DNA of 64,000 nucleotides from Candidatus Latescibacterota bacterium (GCA_965204375.1 OZ241986.1:4544001-4608000); one strand, 5' to 3'; shown: positions 38,050 to 49,568, counted from the first letter of the stretch. Translations and numbers: made by a program. The notes: a model not told the origin generated them from the sequence alone.

Positions 38050-40941
38050 ATGGCCGAAATGGTTGACACTTTACTGGAAGCAGTTGATTTTGCGGTACGC
38101 AAACGCGATGGTCGGGTCGTGGATTTTGACCGCGCGCGCATTGAACGCGCGATTGAGGCGGCATTTAGAGCCGAGTTGGGATTGTCCAACGATCATTCAT
38201 TGCCGCCCAAAATTGGAACCGATGTGTCGGAACTCACCGACGCTGTTATTGCTGAAATTGAAGGGGAACTGCACGAGCCGGATGACAGCGTGGATGTCGA
38301 ACGCATTCAGGACAAAGTCGAAATCCAATTAATGCGTGCAGGCCACTTTGCGGTCGCACGGCGCTACATCGTCTATCGAGAAGACCACAAAAAAGCCCGC
38401 GTACTCAGCGGCAAAGAAGAACCCCAGGACCCCAACGCGCCCAAACTCCGCGTACAAACAGCCGACGGCAAGCGCGAACCTTTAGATGCCAACCGCATTC
38501 GCGCCGAAGTATTTGCCGTTTGCGATGACGAGGTAGATCCCCAGGCTCTGCTCAATGAAATATATCGCTCCCTATACGACGACATCAAACCCGACGATAT
38601 CGAACGCGCCATGATATTGGCAGCGCGTAGCCGCGTGGAAAAAGAACCCGCCTATAGCAAAGTCGCCATGCGGTTGCTGCTCAACGTGATCTATCGCCAC
38701 GCCCTGGGATTCAAACCCGCGATAGAAGACAGAGACACAGCCTGTCGGCAGGGATTTGCAAAATTTATTGAAACGGGCATTGAAAACGACCGCTTAGACC
38801 CCAAATTGCGCGTATTTGACCTGGAGCGTCTATCCTCGGCATTAAAACCCGAGCGCGATGAAGACTTTGAGTACCTGGGCGTACAAACCATTTTTGATCG
38901 CTATTTGCTCCACGTCAACGAGCGCCGCATTGAAACCCCACAGTTCTTCTGGATGCGCGTGGCCATGGGCCTGTCCTGGGACGAAGACGACAAAGAGGCG
39001 CGCGCCATTCAATTTTACGAAGTCCTCTCTTCCTTCCGATTTGTCTCTGCCACCCCCACCTTGTTCAATTCCGGCACCCTGCATCCGCAGTTGTCCTCGT
39101 GTTATCTGTCAACCGCGCAAGATGACCTGGAACACATATTCAAAATGGTATCCGACAATGCCAAATTATCCAAATGGGCGGGCGGTCTGGGCAATGACTG
39201 GACCAATGTGCGCGCCACAAATTCCTATATCCGCGGCACAAATGGCAGAAGCCAGGGCGTCATTCCATTTTTGAAAGTCGTGAACGACACAGCAGTTGCC
39301 GTCAACCAGGGCGGAAAACGCAAGGGCGCGGTATGCTCCTATCTCGAAACCTGGCACCTGGATATTGAAGACTTTCTGGAACTGCGCAAAAACACGGGCG
39401 ATGACCGCCGCCGCACACACGACATGAACACGGCCAACTGGATCCCCGACCTGTTTATGAAACGCGTCATGGAAAAGGGAACCTGGACCCTGTTCAGCCC
39501 GGATGAAGTCCCCGACCTGCACGAATTGTACGGCAAAGCCTTTGAAGAGAAATATCTCGCCTATGAGCAAATGGCCGAAGCCGGTGAACTGCAACAACAT
39601 CGCCAGATCGACGCCGTGCAATTGTGGCGCAAAATGTTGTCCATGCTCTTTGAAACCGGGCATCCCTGGATCACATTTAAGGACCCGTCCAACATCCGCT
39701 CGCCCCAGGATCACGCGGGCGTTGTCCACAGCTCGAACTTGTGTACTGAAATTTTGTTGAACACGAGCCGCGAAGAAACCGCGGTATGCAACCTCGGCTC
39801 TGTAAATCTCGTGGCGCATATCACACCCACGGGTCTCAACCGCGAATTGCTGGAAGACACGATATCCACCGCGCTTCGGATGCTGGACAACGTGATAGAC
39901 ATCAATTTTTATCCCACAGAAGAAGCCGCCACATCCAACAAACGCCACCGTCCCGTGGGCCTGGGCGTGATGGGATTTCAGGACGCGCTCTACCTGTTGA
40001 ATTTGCCCTACGACTCGCAAGGCGCGGTTGATTTTGCCGACATCAGCATGGAAATGATCTCGTATTACGCGATCCTCGCCTCAACGCACCTGGCCGAAGA
40101 ACGCGGCACATATCACTCCTACATCGGTTCAAAATGGAACCGCGGCATATTGCCCATCGATACCCTGACCGTGTTGGGACAGGAACGGGGGTCGTACCTC
40201 GAAGTCGATACATCCGCGCGCCTGGACTGGAATGTGGTGCGCGAGGCCGTCGCCAAACACGGCATGCGAAACAGCAACGTGATGGCCATTGCCCCAACCG
40301 CCACCATATCGAACATCTCGGGCGTGACGCAATCCATCGAGCCGATGTATCGCAACCTGTATGTAAAAGCAAATCTGTCCGGAGACTTCACAGTCTTAAA
40401 TCCCTATATGGTCGATGCCTTAAAAGCGCGCGACCTGTGGGACGACCAGATGGTAGATGACCTGAAATACTTCGACGGCTCAGTCCAGGAAATCGACCGC
40501 ATCCCGCAAGACGTAAAAGACCTCTACAAAACCGCATTTGAAGTGGCACCCGAATGGCTCATCGAATGCGCCAGCCGCCGGCAAAAGTGGATCGACATGG
40601 GCCAGTCCCTGAATCTGTACATTGCAGCACCCAGCGGCAAGGCATTGGACGACATGTACAAACTCGCCTGGATACGCGGGCTGAAAACCACGTACTACTT
40701 GCGCTCCCTGGCCGCGACCCAGATCGAAAAATCCACCATGGACATCAACAAACGCGGCGTCCAGCCCCGGTGGATGCAATCCAAATCCGCTTCAAGCGAT
40801 GTGCAAGTACAACGCAAAGACGCACCCGTTGAAACAGACGCGTCGCTCAACGGGCAGGTACACCAACAGACCCCTGCCACCCCAGCACCAACAGCCGAGT
40901 CATGCGATATTACAGACGGCTCATGTGAGGCGTGTCAGTAA
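38050..40941 (+). CDS. nrdA: Ribonucleoside-diphosphate reductase class I alpha subunit with two ATP cones
   Basis: ATG 38050 after GGGAGG; VRKRDG and VQTADGK cones; [44 protein letters not shown]-terminal CEACQ. Confidence 0.96.
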   Translation: MAEMVDTLLEAVDFAVRKRDGRVVDFDRARIERAIEAAFRAELGLSNDHSLPPKIGTDVSELTDAVIAEIEGELHEPDDSVDVERIQDKVEIQLMRAGHFAVARRYIVYREDHKKARVLSGKEEPQDPNAPKLRVQTADGKREPLDANRIRAEVFAVCDDEVDPQALLNEIYRSLYDDIKPDDIERAMILAARSRVEKEPAYSKVAMRLLLNVIYRHALGFKPAIEDRDTACRQGFAKFIETGIENDRLDPKLRVFDLERLSSALKPERDEDFEYLGVQTIFDRYLLHVNERRIETPQFFWMRVAMGLSWDEDDKEARAIQFYEVLSSFRFVSATPTLFNSGTLHPQLSSCYLSTAQDDLEHIFKMVSDNAKLSKWAGGLGNDWTNVRATNSYIRGTNGRSQGVIPFLKVVNDTAVAVNQGGKRKGAVCSYLETWHLDIEDFLELRKNTGDDRRRTHDMNTANWIPDLFMKRVMEKGTWTLFSPDEVPDLHELYGKAFEEKYLAYEQMAEAGELQQHRQIDAVQLWRKMLSMLFETGHPWITFKDPSNIRSPQDHAGVVHSSNLCTEILLNTSREETAVCNLGSVNLVAHITPTGLNRELLEDTISTALRMLDNVIDINFYPTEEAATSNKRHRPVGLGVMGFQDALYLLNLPYDSQGAVDFADISMEMISYYAILASTHLAEERGTYHSYIGSKWNRGILPIDTLTVLGQERGSYLEVDTSARLDWNVVREAVAKHGMRNSNVMAIAPTATISNISGVTQSIEPMYRNLYVKANLSGDFTVLNPYMVDALKARDLWDDQMVDDLKYFDGSVQEIDRIPQDVKDLYKTAFEVAPEWLIECASRRQKWIDMGQSLNLYIAAPSGKALDDMYKLAWIRGLKTTYYLRSLAATQIEKSTMDINKRGVQPRWMQSKSASSDVQVQRKDAPVETDASLNGQVHQQTPATPAPTAESCDITDGSCEACQ

Positions 40942-40958
40942 AAGTAGAACATGTAGTT

Positions 40959-41091
40959 CTGAAAACATGGTTAGAGGACTATAACCTCGGCCAACTCTGG
41001 GAAAAGAATGAGATAGGTGGCCGTCCCGTTTTGGAATAGATAGAGAATCGGCAAAATGACCAGATTGCTCATCCTTGCGCTCGCACCTTAA
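40959..41091 (+). pseudogene. Relic of an earlier AAA_21 ATPase 3' end and DUF4276 5' start
   Basis: Reads LKTWLEDYNLGQLWEKNEIGGRPVLE* (stop 41037-41039), then ATG 41056 MTRLLILA... Confidence 0.65.
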
Positions 41092-41094
41092 GAG

Positions 41095-42366
41095 ATGAAC
41101 CCAACAACTACACAATACACAGCTCCGGCACGCATTGAATACCTGAAGGTGAGGAACTTCCGCGCGTTGCGGGAAGTTGAGTTCAAGGAATTGGCACCGC
41201 TGACGGTGTTGCTCGGTCCCAATGGCAGCGGCAAATCAACAGTATTTGACGTATTCGCGTTTCTATCTGAATGTTTCGAGGTGGGTCTGCGCCGCGCCTG
41301 GGACCAGCGTGGCCGTGCCAAAGAACTGCGGACGCGAGGAAACATTGATCCCGTTGTCATTGAACTTAAGTACCGCGAACAGCCGGGCACGCCTCTGATC
41401 ACTTATCACCTGGCTATTGACGAAGACCGAAACCGGCCCGTTGTCATGGAGGAGTGGTTACAATGGCGACGCGGCCAACACGGCAGACCATTCCGATTCC
41501 TCGATTATCGCGAGGGACAGGGCAGAGCGGTCAGCGGTGAGCAACCCGGCAAATTGGACATGCGCAACCAGGGAACGATCCAATTGGACCCGCGCAACGA
41601 AGTACCGCTCCAATCGCCCGATCTGCTGGCAGTCAATGCTCTGGGACAACTTGCCGATCACCCGCGCGTAGCAGCACTGCGCGACTTCATCACCGGATGG
41701 CATGTGTCATACCTCTCGGCAGACAGCGCACGAGGCCAGCCCGAGGCAGGACCACAAGAGCGACTGTCCAGAAGCGGCGACAATCTTGCCAATGTCATAC
41801 AGCATCTCGCAGAGCAACATCCCGACCGACTTAACCAGATCTTCGAGGTGCTACGTCAGCGCGTGCCGCGCATTGAGCGCGTGCTATCAGCAGTCATGCC
41901 CGATGGCCGCCTATTATTGCAGATCAAGGACGCGCCATTCAACAACCCGGTACTGGCGCGATTCGCTTCTGATGGCACATTAAAAATACTGGCTTATTTG
42001 GTACTGTTATACGACCCCGAACCGCCGCCCTTCATCGGCATTGAAGAACCGGAAAACTTCTTGCACCCTCGATTGCTTTCGGAACTTGCCGAAGAATGCC
42101 GTGCGGCCTGCGAACGCACGCAGTTACTGGCGACCACACATTCGCCATTTTTTCTCAACGCACTGCGTCCCGAAGAAGTACGCATTCTCTGGCGCAACGA
42201 ACAAGGGTACACACAAACAAGCCGCGTCGCAGACATACCCGGTGTACGGGAATTTATCGAAGAAGGTGCATATCTCGGCCATCTATGGATGGAAGGATAT
42301 TTCAATCTGGGAGATCCGCTAGACAGACATGGTGAACCGACTCCTCCTCTGGAGGGACGCGGGTAA
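41095..42366 (+). CDS. AAA_21 / ABC-type (AbiEii-like) ATPase
   Basis: [18 protein letters not shown] Walker A, SDGT signature, [15 protein letters not shown]. Confidence 0.9.
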   Translation: MNPTTTQYTAPARIEYLKVRNFRALREVEFKELAPLTVLLGPNGSGKSTVFDVFAFLSECFEVGLRRAWDQRGRAKELRTRGNIDPVVIELKYREQPGTPLITYHLAIDEDRNRPVVMEEWLQWRRGQHGRPFRFLDYREGQGRAVSGEQPGKLDMRNQGTIQLDPRNEVPLQSPDLLAVNALGQLADHPRVAALRDFITGWHVSYLSADSARGQPEAGPQERLSRSGDNLANVIQHLAEQHPDRLNQIFEVLRQRVPRIERVLSAVMPDGRLLLQIKDAPFNNPVLARFASDGTLKILAYLVLLYDPEPPPFIGIEEPENFLHPRLLSELAEECRAACERTQLLATTHSPFFLNALRPEEVRILWRNEQGYTQTSRVADIPGVREFIEEGAYLGHLWMEGYFNLGDPLDRHGEPTPPLEGRG

Positions 42367-42655
42367 TGGCACCACAACATCTGGAATTACTCGTCGAAGA
42401 ACCCTCAATGGAGGCCTTCTTGCGAGAGTTATTGCCGCGTATGCTGTCCGTGGAATGCACATTCAAAATTCATCCGTTTCAGGGGAAGCCAGACCTATTG
42501 GACAAGTTGCAAAATCGTCTGCGAGCCTATGCAAAAAAACTGGACTACGCAAGACGGAGGCTGCCAGAGATATTGGCATTCACATTGATGCTAATCGTAG
42601 CCGTTCGCACAGTTTCGTGAAATTTCGCGAAGCCATCATTGAGGCAACTGCTTGA
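42366..42655 (+). pseudogene. DUF4276 (TOPRIM-like) protein with internal deletion and frameshift
   Basis: N-terminus LLVEEPSMEAFL...FQGKPDLL..L..RLRAYAK joined out of frame to C-terminus GLRKTEAARDIG...RSHSF. Confidence 0.75.
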
Positions 42656-42693
42656 ACCATTATTATATTTCATTTTTTTAAAGGAGTTGTGAT

Positions 42694-43881
42694 ATGTCTA
42701 AGCTCATATTTGAAGACGAAGAAGTTGAAAGTCATGCAAATATGGACTACCAAAACGGTGGTCACGCGCAGCAAAACGGTATTCCTGCACCCGTTGAAGC
42801 GGATAACACTGACGTGCCATCCGCGCTGTGTTGTGGTGCCACTGGCGAGGCGTATGACCTGACCAGGCGCATCAACCCGGAAGACAAGCGATTGCTCAAC
42901 TGTCGGCAGGTAGATGTGAACCAGTTGATGCCCCTCAAATACGAATGGGCCTGGGAGCACTATCTCAACGGATGCGCCAATCACTGGATGCCGACAGAAG
43001 TGCCGATGCAGCGCGACATAGAACTCTGGCGTTCAAATGCACTGAACGACGCCGAGCGAAAAGTCATCTTGCGAAACCTCGGATTCTTCAGCACAGGCGA
43101 AAGCCTCGTCGGCAACAACATCGTACTCGCCATCTTCAAACACATCACAAACTCCGAAGCGCGACAATACCTCTTGCGTCAGGCATTTGAAGAAGCCATA
43201 CACACGCACACATTCCACTACATCGTCGAATCTCTGGGCTTGAACGCACGCGAAGTATTCAACATGTATCACGAAGTCGCCTCCATCGAAGGCAAAGACA
43301 AATTCGTGATGGAACTGACCGAAGACGTACTGGATCCCAACTTCTCAACACAAAGCATTGAGGGCATGCAGAAATTCGTGAAAAATCTCGTCGGATTTTA
43401 CGTCATCATGGAAGGCATATTCTTTTACAGTGGCTTTGTCATGATCCTGTCCTTCCACCGACAAAACCGCATGACCGGCATAGGCGAACAATTCCAGTAC
43501 ATCCTGCGCGACGAGACCATACATCTGAATTTTGGCATCGACCTGATCAACACCATCAAACTCGAAAATCCAGAAATATGGACAACGGAACTGCAACGCG
43601 ACATCTACGACCTCATACACGAAGCCGTAGAATACGAAGTCATCTATGCTCGGGATTGTGTGCCCGACGGCGTACTGGGCCTCAATGAAGACTTATTCCG
43701 CGAATACGTGCAATTCATCGCCGACCGGCGATTGGAACGGATTGGACTACAAGCGGTATATGGATCGAAAAATCCATTTCCGTGGATGGGTGAAACCATT
43801 GACATCGCAAAAGAAAAGAACTTCTTTGAAACGCGCGTCACGGATTATCAAAGTGCGGGATCCTTGCAGTGGGATGATTAA
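42694..43881 (+). CDS. nrdB: Ribonucleotide reductase beta subunit, class Ic-type signature
   Basis: [47 protein letters not shown]. Confidence 0.94.
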   Translation: MSKLIFEDEEVESHANMDYQNGGHAQQNGIPAPVEADNTDVPSALCCGATGEAYDLTRRINPEDKRLLNCRQVDVNQLMPLKYEWAWEHYLNGCANHWMPTEVPMQRDIELWRSNALNDAERKVILRNLGFFSTGESLVGNNIVLAIFKHITNSEARQYLLRQAFEEAIHTHTFHYIVESLGLNAREVFNMYHEVASIEGKDKFVMELTEDVLDPNFSTQSIEGMQKFVKNLVGFYVIMEGIFFYSGFVMILSFHRQNRMTGIGEQFQYILRDETIHLNFGIDLINTIKLENPEIWTTELQRDIYDLIHEAVEYEVIYARDCVPDGVLGLNEDLFREYVQFIADRRLERIGLQAVYGSKNPFPWMGETIDIAKEKNFFETRVTDYQSAGSLQWDD

Positions 43882-43946
43882 ACCTGAACCTTGAACAATA
43901 ATACATCTCTTCAGGCTGACGGGGGAAGGGAAATCAGAGCCTGACC

Positions 43947-43984
43947 CAGGGTGGAAGACACACATCTTCCGCCCTGTTTTTTTA
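43947..43984 (+). terminator. Intrinsic terminator after nrdB
   Basis: CAGGGTGGAAGA-CACACA-TCTTCCGCCCTG-TTTTTTT. Confidence 0.8.
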
Positions 43985-45235
43985 TTGATCAGACATGGGA
44001 AACGCCATAACCTCACTAATAGAAGACGCACCTGTAAGCAACATAACCAGACGATCCACCCCAAGCGCAATCCCGCCAGAAGGCGGCATCCCGTATTCGA
44101 GCGCTGAAAGAAAACGCTCGTCAATCGGATAAGCCGGATTCCCCTCACGCACGCGCTGGGCGGCCTCCTCTTCCAACCGCTGGCGTTGCTCATCCGGATC
44201 ATTCAACTCTGTAAACGCATTGCACAACTCCATCCCCGCAATATAAACCTCAAAACGCTCAGCCAGATCTGGCGCACTGGACTTGCGTTTGGCAAGCGCA
44301 GCCATCGGCGCGGGATAATCGCAGAGAATCACGGGCTTTTGCACACCCAGATGTGGCTCAACCTGATCGAGAAAAACCTTAAAAAACGCGACATCTGGCG
44401 GATCGTCTCTGTCAACCGTCGCATGTCCCGCCTGTTTGATAAACGCAGCCGTCTTCGAATACGGATCAGCAGCAATACCCGCGTAGCGCAACATCGCCTC
44501 CCGCACAGAAAGACGCTCCCACGGAGGCGTCAGATCAACCGCGCACTGATCCGTCCGCACAACAGACTCTCCATATAAATCTGTCGCAAGTTCGGCAATC
44601 AAATACTCGGTATCCACCATAATATCGGTATAATCCGCGAACGCGCGATACCACTCTATCATCGTAAACTCCGGCGTATGCATCCTGCCAACAGGCTCGT
44701 GCCGAAACACCTTGCAAACCTGGTATATCCGTTCAAAACCAGCCGCGAGCAGGCGTTTCATCGCATACTCAGGCGACGTATGCAGATAAAACTGACGCAT
44801 CTCATACATCGTCTGAAACGCCTCGAGATGCGGTTCCATACCCGGTTGCGGCACCATCAGAGGGGTCTCAACCTCAACAAAACCCTTTGCATCAAAAAAG
44901 CGGCGAATACCCGCAATAATCCTGGCACGCTTGCGCAAATTCTCCTGCACGCCCTGGCTTAAAGACGCACCTGCAGAACGCGACGGCACCAGCACCCGCA
45001 GCCCCGTAGCACAAAAAACATCGCCTTCGAGACGACCCTCAACCTCCACAATATCCCCTGTCTTTGCCTCGACCGCAGTATTAAAACCCAGACGTACCGT
45101 CCCCGTCTCATCGGAAAGCGAATCTCGCGCCACAAGCCGCCCGGCCACGACTGCAAACGCACCCGACTGAAGTTCACAGACCCGATGGGTACGCTTACAC
45201 CGTGCGGGATATTGGGGAGATGGATACTCGTGCAT
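43982..45235 (-). CDS. epmA: EF-P lysine aminoacylase (EpmA/GenX/PoxA) with N-terminal extension
   Basis: [42 protein letters not shown]....[22 protein letters not shown]. Confidence 0.88.
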   Translation of the reverse strand: MHEYPSPQYPARCKRTHRVCELQSGAFAVVAGRLVARDSLSDETGTVRLGFNTAVEAKTGDIVEVEGRLEGDVFCATGLRVLVPSRSAGASLSQGVQENLRKRARIIAGIRRFFDAKGFVEVETPLMVPQPGMEPHLEAFQTMYEMRQFYLHTSPEYAMKRLLAAGFERIYQVCKVFRHEPVGRMHTPEFTMIEWYRAFADYTDIMVDTEYLIAELATDLYGESVVRTDQCAVDLTPPWERLSVREAMLRYAGIAADPYSKTAAFIKQAGHATVDRDDPPDVAFFKVFLDQVEPHLGVQKPVILCDYPAPMAALAKRKSSAPDLAERFEVYIAGMELCNAFTELNDPDEQRQRLEEEAAQRVREGNPAYPIDERFLSALEYGMPPSGGIALGVDRLVMLLTGASSISEVMAFPMSDQ

Positions 45236-45337
45236 CTATATTGTCCTTGATTATATTATAAAATAAGGATTATGTAGAATAGTGCCAAAAGCACAAATAC
45301 GAATCTGGAGGCAGATAGGAGCGATGCTAAAAACTAT

Positions 45338-45432
45338 TTGACAAGCAAAATTTTTACACATACTCTTGTATGCACCGGGGTCAATTATTGGTCCGAGTTA
45401 GAGGGGATGTCTTATGGGCATCCCTACTTTTT
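45338..45432 (+). ncRNA. Putative short RNA (about 60 nt) with its own promoter and terminator
   Basis: TTGACA (45338-45343), 17 bp, TACTCT (45361-45366); hairpin GGGATGTC-TTATG-GGCATCCC followed by TACTTTTT; no ORF. Confidence 0.45.
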
Positions 45433-45584
45433 CGCCATGTACTTATAAGTACATATATATTTATATAGATCAAATGTTAATAATTTACAGGTACTTACAG
45501 GCAAAAAGCACTTGACATTTGGCAAGTATTGGATATTTTTGAGGCGAAAGCCGCTAGTTGTTAATAGTTTATTTAGAGTGATAG

Positions 45585-46595
45585 ATGACTACACTTGTTT
45601 CATTAGTAACCAAAGATTCTGCAGTATTAGGCTGTGACAGCTTAGGGACTGTTACAAGGGCTCTTGTTGATCCAAGAGAGCTTAGGGGGTTTTTTGATGA
45701 TTCTGGAAAATTGAAGATGGATCAAAAAGGTCAACCGTCTCTAAAGACCATTGTCGATATCCAAGATAAAGCTAGAGAATACCCTTATAATCACATAACG
45801 CACTTGGAAAAGCTATTTTCTTTAGAACCGCTTAAAATAGGTGTTATGACTGCGGGGATAGCAGGACTTGGCGACCGAACTATAAAAAGTCTAATATCAG
45901 AATTCAAAGATAAAAATTTTTTATTTAAGAGTAAAGGTGAGCCCAGCAATTACACGCTAAATGGAGTAGCAGAACGCTTGCTGAAATTTGTAAGACCCTT
46001 CTACTTGGAAGAGTACCCAGAAAAAGAAGACACTTACAGACCCAAACTTGAATTCATTCTTGCGGGATACTCTAAACGCCAACAACTTCCATCTACTATT
46101 AGGATCACTTTTCCCGAAGGAGAAATTGATCCTTTCGGCGATGGGTTTGGTATTATGTTTGGAGGACAAACAAAAGAAATTCGGAGGATTATTTTTGGCA
46201 CCGATGCTGAGAACGAGCATCGTATTATCTTTAGACACGCAGTCAAATTGTTTGAGTATCATAAACTTTTAACTGAATATCTTCGAGAAAATAATATAAC
46301 TATTGATTTACCTACCCCAAATGAATATATCGACCAAATCCATATATTCAATGATGGGTGGAGACTCGAGGGATTTAGTGCTGATTGGGGCAATTTTTCT
46401 GAACAAAATGCTATTGAATGTGTTCATTGGTTGGTTGAGATTATGTGCAAGGCCCAACAATTTAGCAGTGCCTTGCCGACTGTAGGTGGAGAGATTAACC
46501 TTGCCATTGTGACAAAGAGCGATGGCTTCCGATTTGTCTCTAAAAGAGAGTACCAAGTAGGTGATTACTCAATCCCCCGAGAGGAAGGAAACTGA
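45585..46595 (+). CDS. Proteasome-beta/Ntn-hydrolase-like protein
   Basis: After Met removal T1-T2...D17 (TTLVSLVTKDSAVLGCDS), EKLF, TAGIA, C-terminal TVGGEINLAIVTK; AT-rich; TTGACA at 45512. Confidence 0.7.
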   Translation: MTTLVSLVTKDSAVLGCDSLGTVTRALVDPRELRGFFDDSGKLKMDQKGQPSLKTIVDIQDKAREYPYNHITHLEKLFSLEPLKIGVMTAGIAGLGDRTIKSLISEFKDKNFLFKSKGEPSNYTLNGVAERLLKFVRPFYLEEYPEKEDTYRPKLEFILAGYSKRQQLPSTIRITFPEGEIDPFGDGFGIMFGGQTKEIRRIIFGTDAENEHRIIFRHAVKLFEYHKLLTEYLRENNITIDLPTPNEYIDQIHIFNDGWRLEGFSADWGNFSEQNAIECVHWLVEIMCKAQQFSSALPTVGGEINLAIVTKSDGFRFVSKREYQVGDYSIPREEGN

Positions 46596-46596
46596 C

Positions 46597-46776
46597 ATGG
46601 CAAAAAGAACTTTTGATGACGCTGCGGAAGAGAAACAGAGGCAGGAGGACATTCGTCGATTCGCAGAAAGTATTCCCGTTAAAGATGTGCCCCAACAAGA
46701 AATACAGTCACCCTATCCTCGTATCCGTACAGAAAAAGAAAATGATAGTATCTCTCCTGAATCGTTCAATCCCTGA
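46597..46776 (+). CDS. Small hypothetical protein (59 aa) adjacent to the Ntn protein
   Basis: ATG 1 nt after upstream stop, purine-rich RBS; charged, low-complexity sequence. Confidence 0.5.
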   Translation: MAKRTFDDAAEEKQRQEDIRRFAESIPVKDVPQQEIQSPYPRIRTEKENDSISPESFNP

Positions 46777-46857
46777 TACTTTTAACTCTTGATATTTGAA
46801 TAGCCAGCTAACCTTAGTAGGCTATTTGTTATGAGGCCGAGACGTTACGCTATCAGG

Positions 46858-47115
46858 TCACAATAGCGTAGGCTCCGTATAGACGGTTGCCCTTTCGCGG
46901 ACGTGATCGTGTATATGTATAAAGGTCTCCATAATGATCTCATCTGCGTTGTCCACAACGATTGCGCGGACTTCCTTTGTGTCTCTTTTCTTTACGCCAG
47001 CCACAGGGATCTTGCCAGTGGTTCTTCTGCCCGCCTGTAGTCTATCCCTAGCGTGTTTGTTGGTTTCTCTCCCGTCGATATAGGTTTCATCAACCTCAAC
47101 AGGCCCTTCAAACAG
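46858..47115 (-). mobile_element. IS1595-family transposase fragment
   Basis: EGPVEVDETYIDG..NKH...GR.T.GK.PVAG...VYT; truncated at both ends, no terminal repeats seen. Confidence 0.8.
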
Positions 47116-47151
47116 GATTTGTTCCTCCGCGCAAATTTGAAAGGAATAACC

Positions 47152-47997
47152 ATGCGCCCGTACATCTGTTGTCACAACCACATTGGACGAACCATTAACC
47201 GCGTACCCACCGTCGGACAAAATGCCCAGATGTGTTTATCCCGATTTGCCGAAACCGATATATACGCAGCCATATCAATGCCAACAGCCGTGGGCAGCCC
47301 AATCACGCGGGGGATACAAGACATACGAGAACAAAACGAAGCCATTGCCCGCGCGTGCAAAAAATTTCCAGACGTATTTCCCATAGGCATGGCACTCATC
47401 GAACCGAGATTTGGCGAATGCGGCATTGACGAAGCCGAAAAAGCCATGGACGACCTGGGCCTCGTCGGAGTCGCCGGACATCCCCCCATGAAAGAAGAAA
47501 TCCTCCCCATGGTAGAAGTCGCAGCCGCGCGAAACGGACTGTGCAACCTGCACTGGCACGACAGCTTGATGGACCGCACCGCCCGAACATTTCCAAATGC
47601 ACAATTTATCGTACACGCCAGCACCTGGGCCGCAGAAAATTTGGCACAGCACGACAACATCTGGTTCGAAGTCGTACAATACCCCGATGGACGGAACTCC
47701 ACCTGGGACTTCAACTGGTTCGCCAACAAAGTCGGACGCGAGCGACTCATATTCGGCGCAGACCTGCCCTATTACGACTATCGCTATCTCCAGCGCGTAA
47801 TAGAAGAAGCCGACTGCGACGACGACTTGAAAGATCGAATTTCCCATCGAAATGTCATGACCCTGATCAAACACTACAAACCAAACTGGACATTGCCGAC
47901 ACATCCGCCTCAGGTCCCCCGTGTGTACAGTCCAGACAGACTCTGGGCGTGCAACCCGGACCAGACAGATCGGTTGACCGTAGATATCTTGCCCTGA
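47152..47997 (+). CDS. Amidohydrolase family (Amidohydro_2-like) protein
   Basis: ATG 47152 after AAGGA; CHNH, GHP, LH, VHA, RLIFGADLP. Confidence 0.8.
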   Translation: MRPYICCHNHIGRTINRVPTVGQNAQMCLSRFAETDIYAAISMPTAVGSPITRGIQDIREQNEAIARACKKFPDVFPIGMALIEPRFGECGIDEAEKAMDDLGLVGVAGHPPMKEEILPMVEVAAARNGLCNLHWHDSLMDRTARTFPNAQFIVHASTWAAENLAQHDNIWFEVVQYPDGRNSTWDFNWFANKVGRERLIFGADLPYYDYRYLQRVIEEADCDDDLKDRISHRNVMTLIKHYKPNWTLPTHPPQVPRVYSPDRLWACNPDQTDRLTVDILP

Positions 47998-48006
47998 GGC
48001 ACAAAA

Positions 48007-49392
48007 ATGACCAGTAAGCGACCGCGACCAAACATAATTGTATTCTTGACCGACGACCAGGGCTATGGGGACCTGGGCATCTACGGAAACCCGGACCTGG
48101 ACACACCCCACATCGACCGCATCGGCCAGGAAGGACTCTGTCTGAACCAGCACTACACCGCATCCCCAATCTGCGCGCCAGCCCGCGCCGCTCTTTTAAC
48201 CGGCCGCTACAACCACCGCGTAGGCGCATTGAGCGTGGAATCAAACCGCGGACTGGACCGGATTGCACTCGGCGAATCCACAATCGCGGACTTATTCAAA
48301 GCAAACGGCTATGCAACGGGAATGGTGGGCAAATGGCACAACGGCCTACACGACATGAGGTATCATCCGAACAACCGGGGCTTCGATGAATTCGCCGGCT
48401 TTTTGAACGGCGGAATGAATTACTGGAACTGGATCATCGAATACAACGGACAGCCGAAATGGTCAGACGGCCGGTATCTCACAGACGTATTTACGCAGGA
48501 CGCCATCGAATTTATCGAACGGCACAAAACAGAGCCGTTCTTTCTCTACGTCGCCTACAATGCGCCACACGGTCCCCTCGAAGCGCCAGAAGAAGACGTC
48601 CACCCCTTTGAAGAAATGGAAAAATTCACCCGGGCCGTATGTCTCACCTACGGCATGATCCGGCGGATGGACACCGGAATCGGACAAATCCTGGACACAC
48701 TCGAACAACACGGCCTCGCGGAAGATACGATAATACTTTACACCAGCGACAATGGACCCGTCCACCTCGGCAAAGGAGAAAACGACCAGACCCGCTACAA
48801 CGGACCATTTCGGGGCATGAAATACGACGTACTCGAAGGCGGAATCCGCGTACCGGGCTTGATCCGCTGGCCTGCGGGCTTGCCGCAGGGCGAGACCTAT
48901 GACGGAATGCTGCACTTTACAGACTGGATGCCCACGCTATTACAGGCCTGCGGAATCGACATGCAGACGCCCTCGGACGGAATGGATGTCATGCCCGCAT
49001 TACAGGGAGAACCCGAAAAACTCCCGACCAAACGATACTGGCAATTCAACCGCTACGACCCCATCGGCACCTGCAATGCCGCGATGCGGGATGGGGAATG
49101 GAAACTCTACTGGCCCCGCATTGAAGAAGCCATGCAAAAAATGAGATCGGACAATCCGCCATTCCAAAAAAATCTCGAAGTCCCGCATTTTCTCATGGAT
49201 GTGGAAAATCCACCTGTGGAACGGACCCTATCGCCGCCCGGCGCCCCGGAACTCTACAATATTGAAAACGACCCGCACGAAAACATCGACCTCGCGCAAC
49301 AACAGCCAGACCGCGTACACCGCATGAAACGCGAACTGGAAACATGGTTTGAATCCGTAGAAGCGGATCGGCAGCGCATCGCACCGTCATAA
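48007..49392 (+). CDS. Arylsulfatase (Cys-type)
   Basis: PNIIVFLTDDQGYGD, CAPARAALLTGR, GKWH, SDNG, EGGIRVP. Confidence 0.93.
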   Translation: MTSKRPRPNIIVFLTDDQGYGDLGIYGNPDLDTPHIDRIGQEGLCLNQHYTASPICAPARAALLTGRYNHRVGALSVESNRGLDRIALGESTIADLFKANGYATGMVGKWHNGLHDMRYHPNNRGFDEFAGFLNGGMNYWNWIIEYNGQPKWSDGRYLTDVFTQDAIEFIERHKTEPFFLYVAYNAPHGPLEAPEEDVHPFEEMEKFTRAVCLTYGMIRRMDTGIGQILDTLEQHGLAEDTIILYTSDNGPVHLGKGENDQTRYNGPFRGMKYDVLEGGIRVPGLIRWPAGLPQGETYDGMLHFTDWMPTLLQACGIDMQTPSDGMDVMPALQGEPEKLPTKRYWQFNRYDPIGTCNAAMRDGEWKLYWPRIEEAMQKMRSDNPPFQKNLEVPHFLMDVENPPVERTLSPPGAPELYNIENDPHENIDLAQQQPDRVHRMKRELETWFESVEADRQRIAPS

Positions 49393-49568
49393 GTGACTGA
49401 CGTTACGCAGCGGTTTTTTCGAGACACATATCTTTCACTATACTACCCATTCCTGGCTCAAAATGTTCCCATTCGCCTGTGTTTCAGCAGGGGATCCTTA
49501 AATTCAAGTTGTGAACAGCGGCGCAATACTGCATATTTCAAGAAAAATGAGGTGTTTGCGCTTCTTTT

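Noticed and set aside
43901-43945. Extra hairpin after nrdB as a possible ncRNA or riboswitch
   Set aside because: Lies in a 3' region just before the terminator with no recognisable aptamer or tRNA features.
47053-47151. Apparent fusion of IS1595 fragment and amidohydrolase ORFs
   Set aside because: They are on opposite strands; the extensions are artefacts of upstream alternative start codons.
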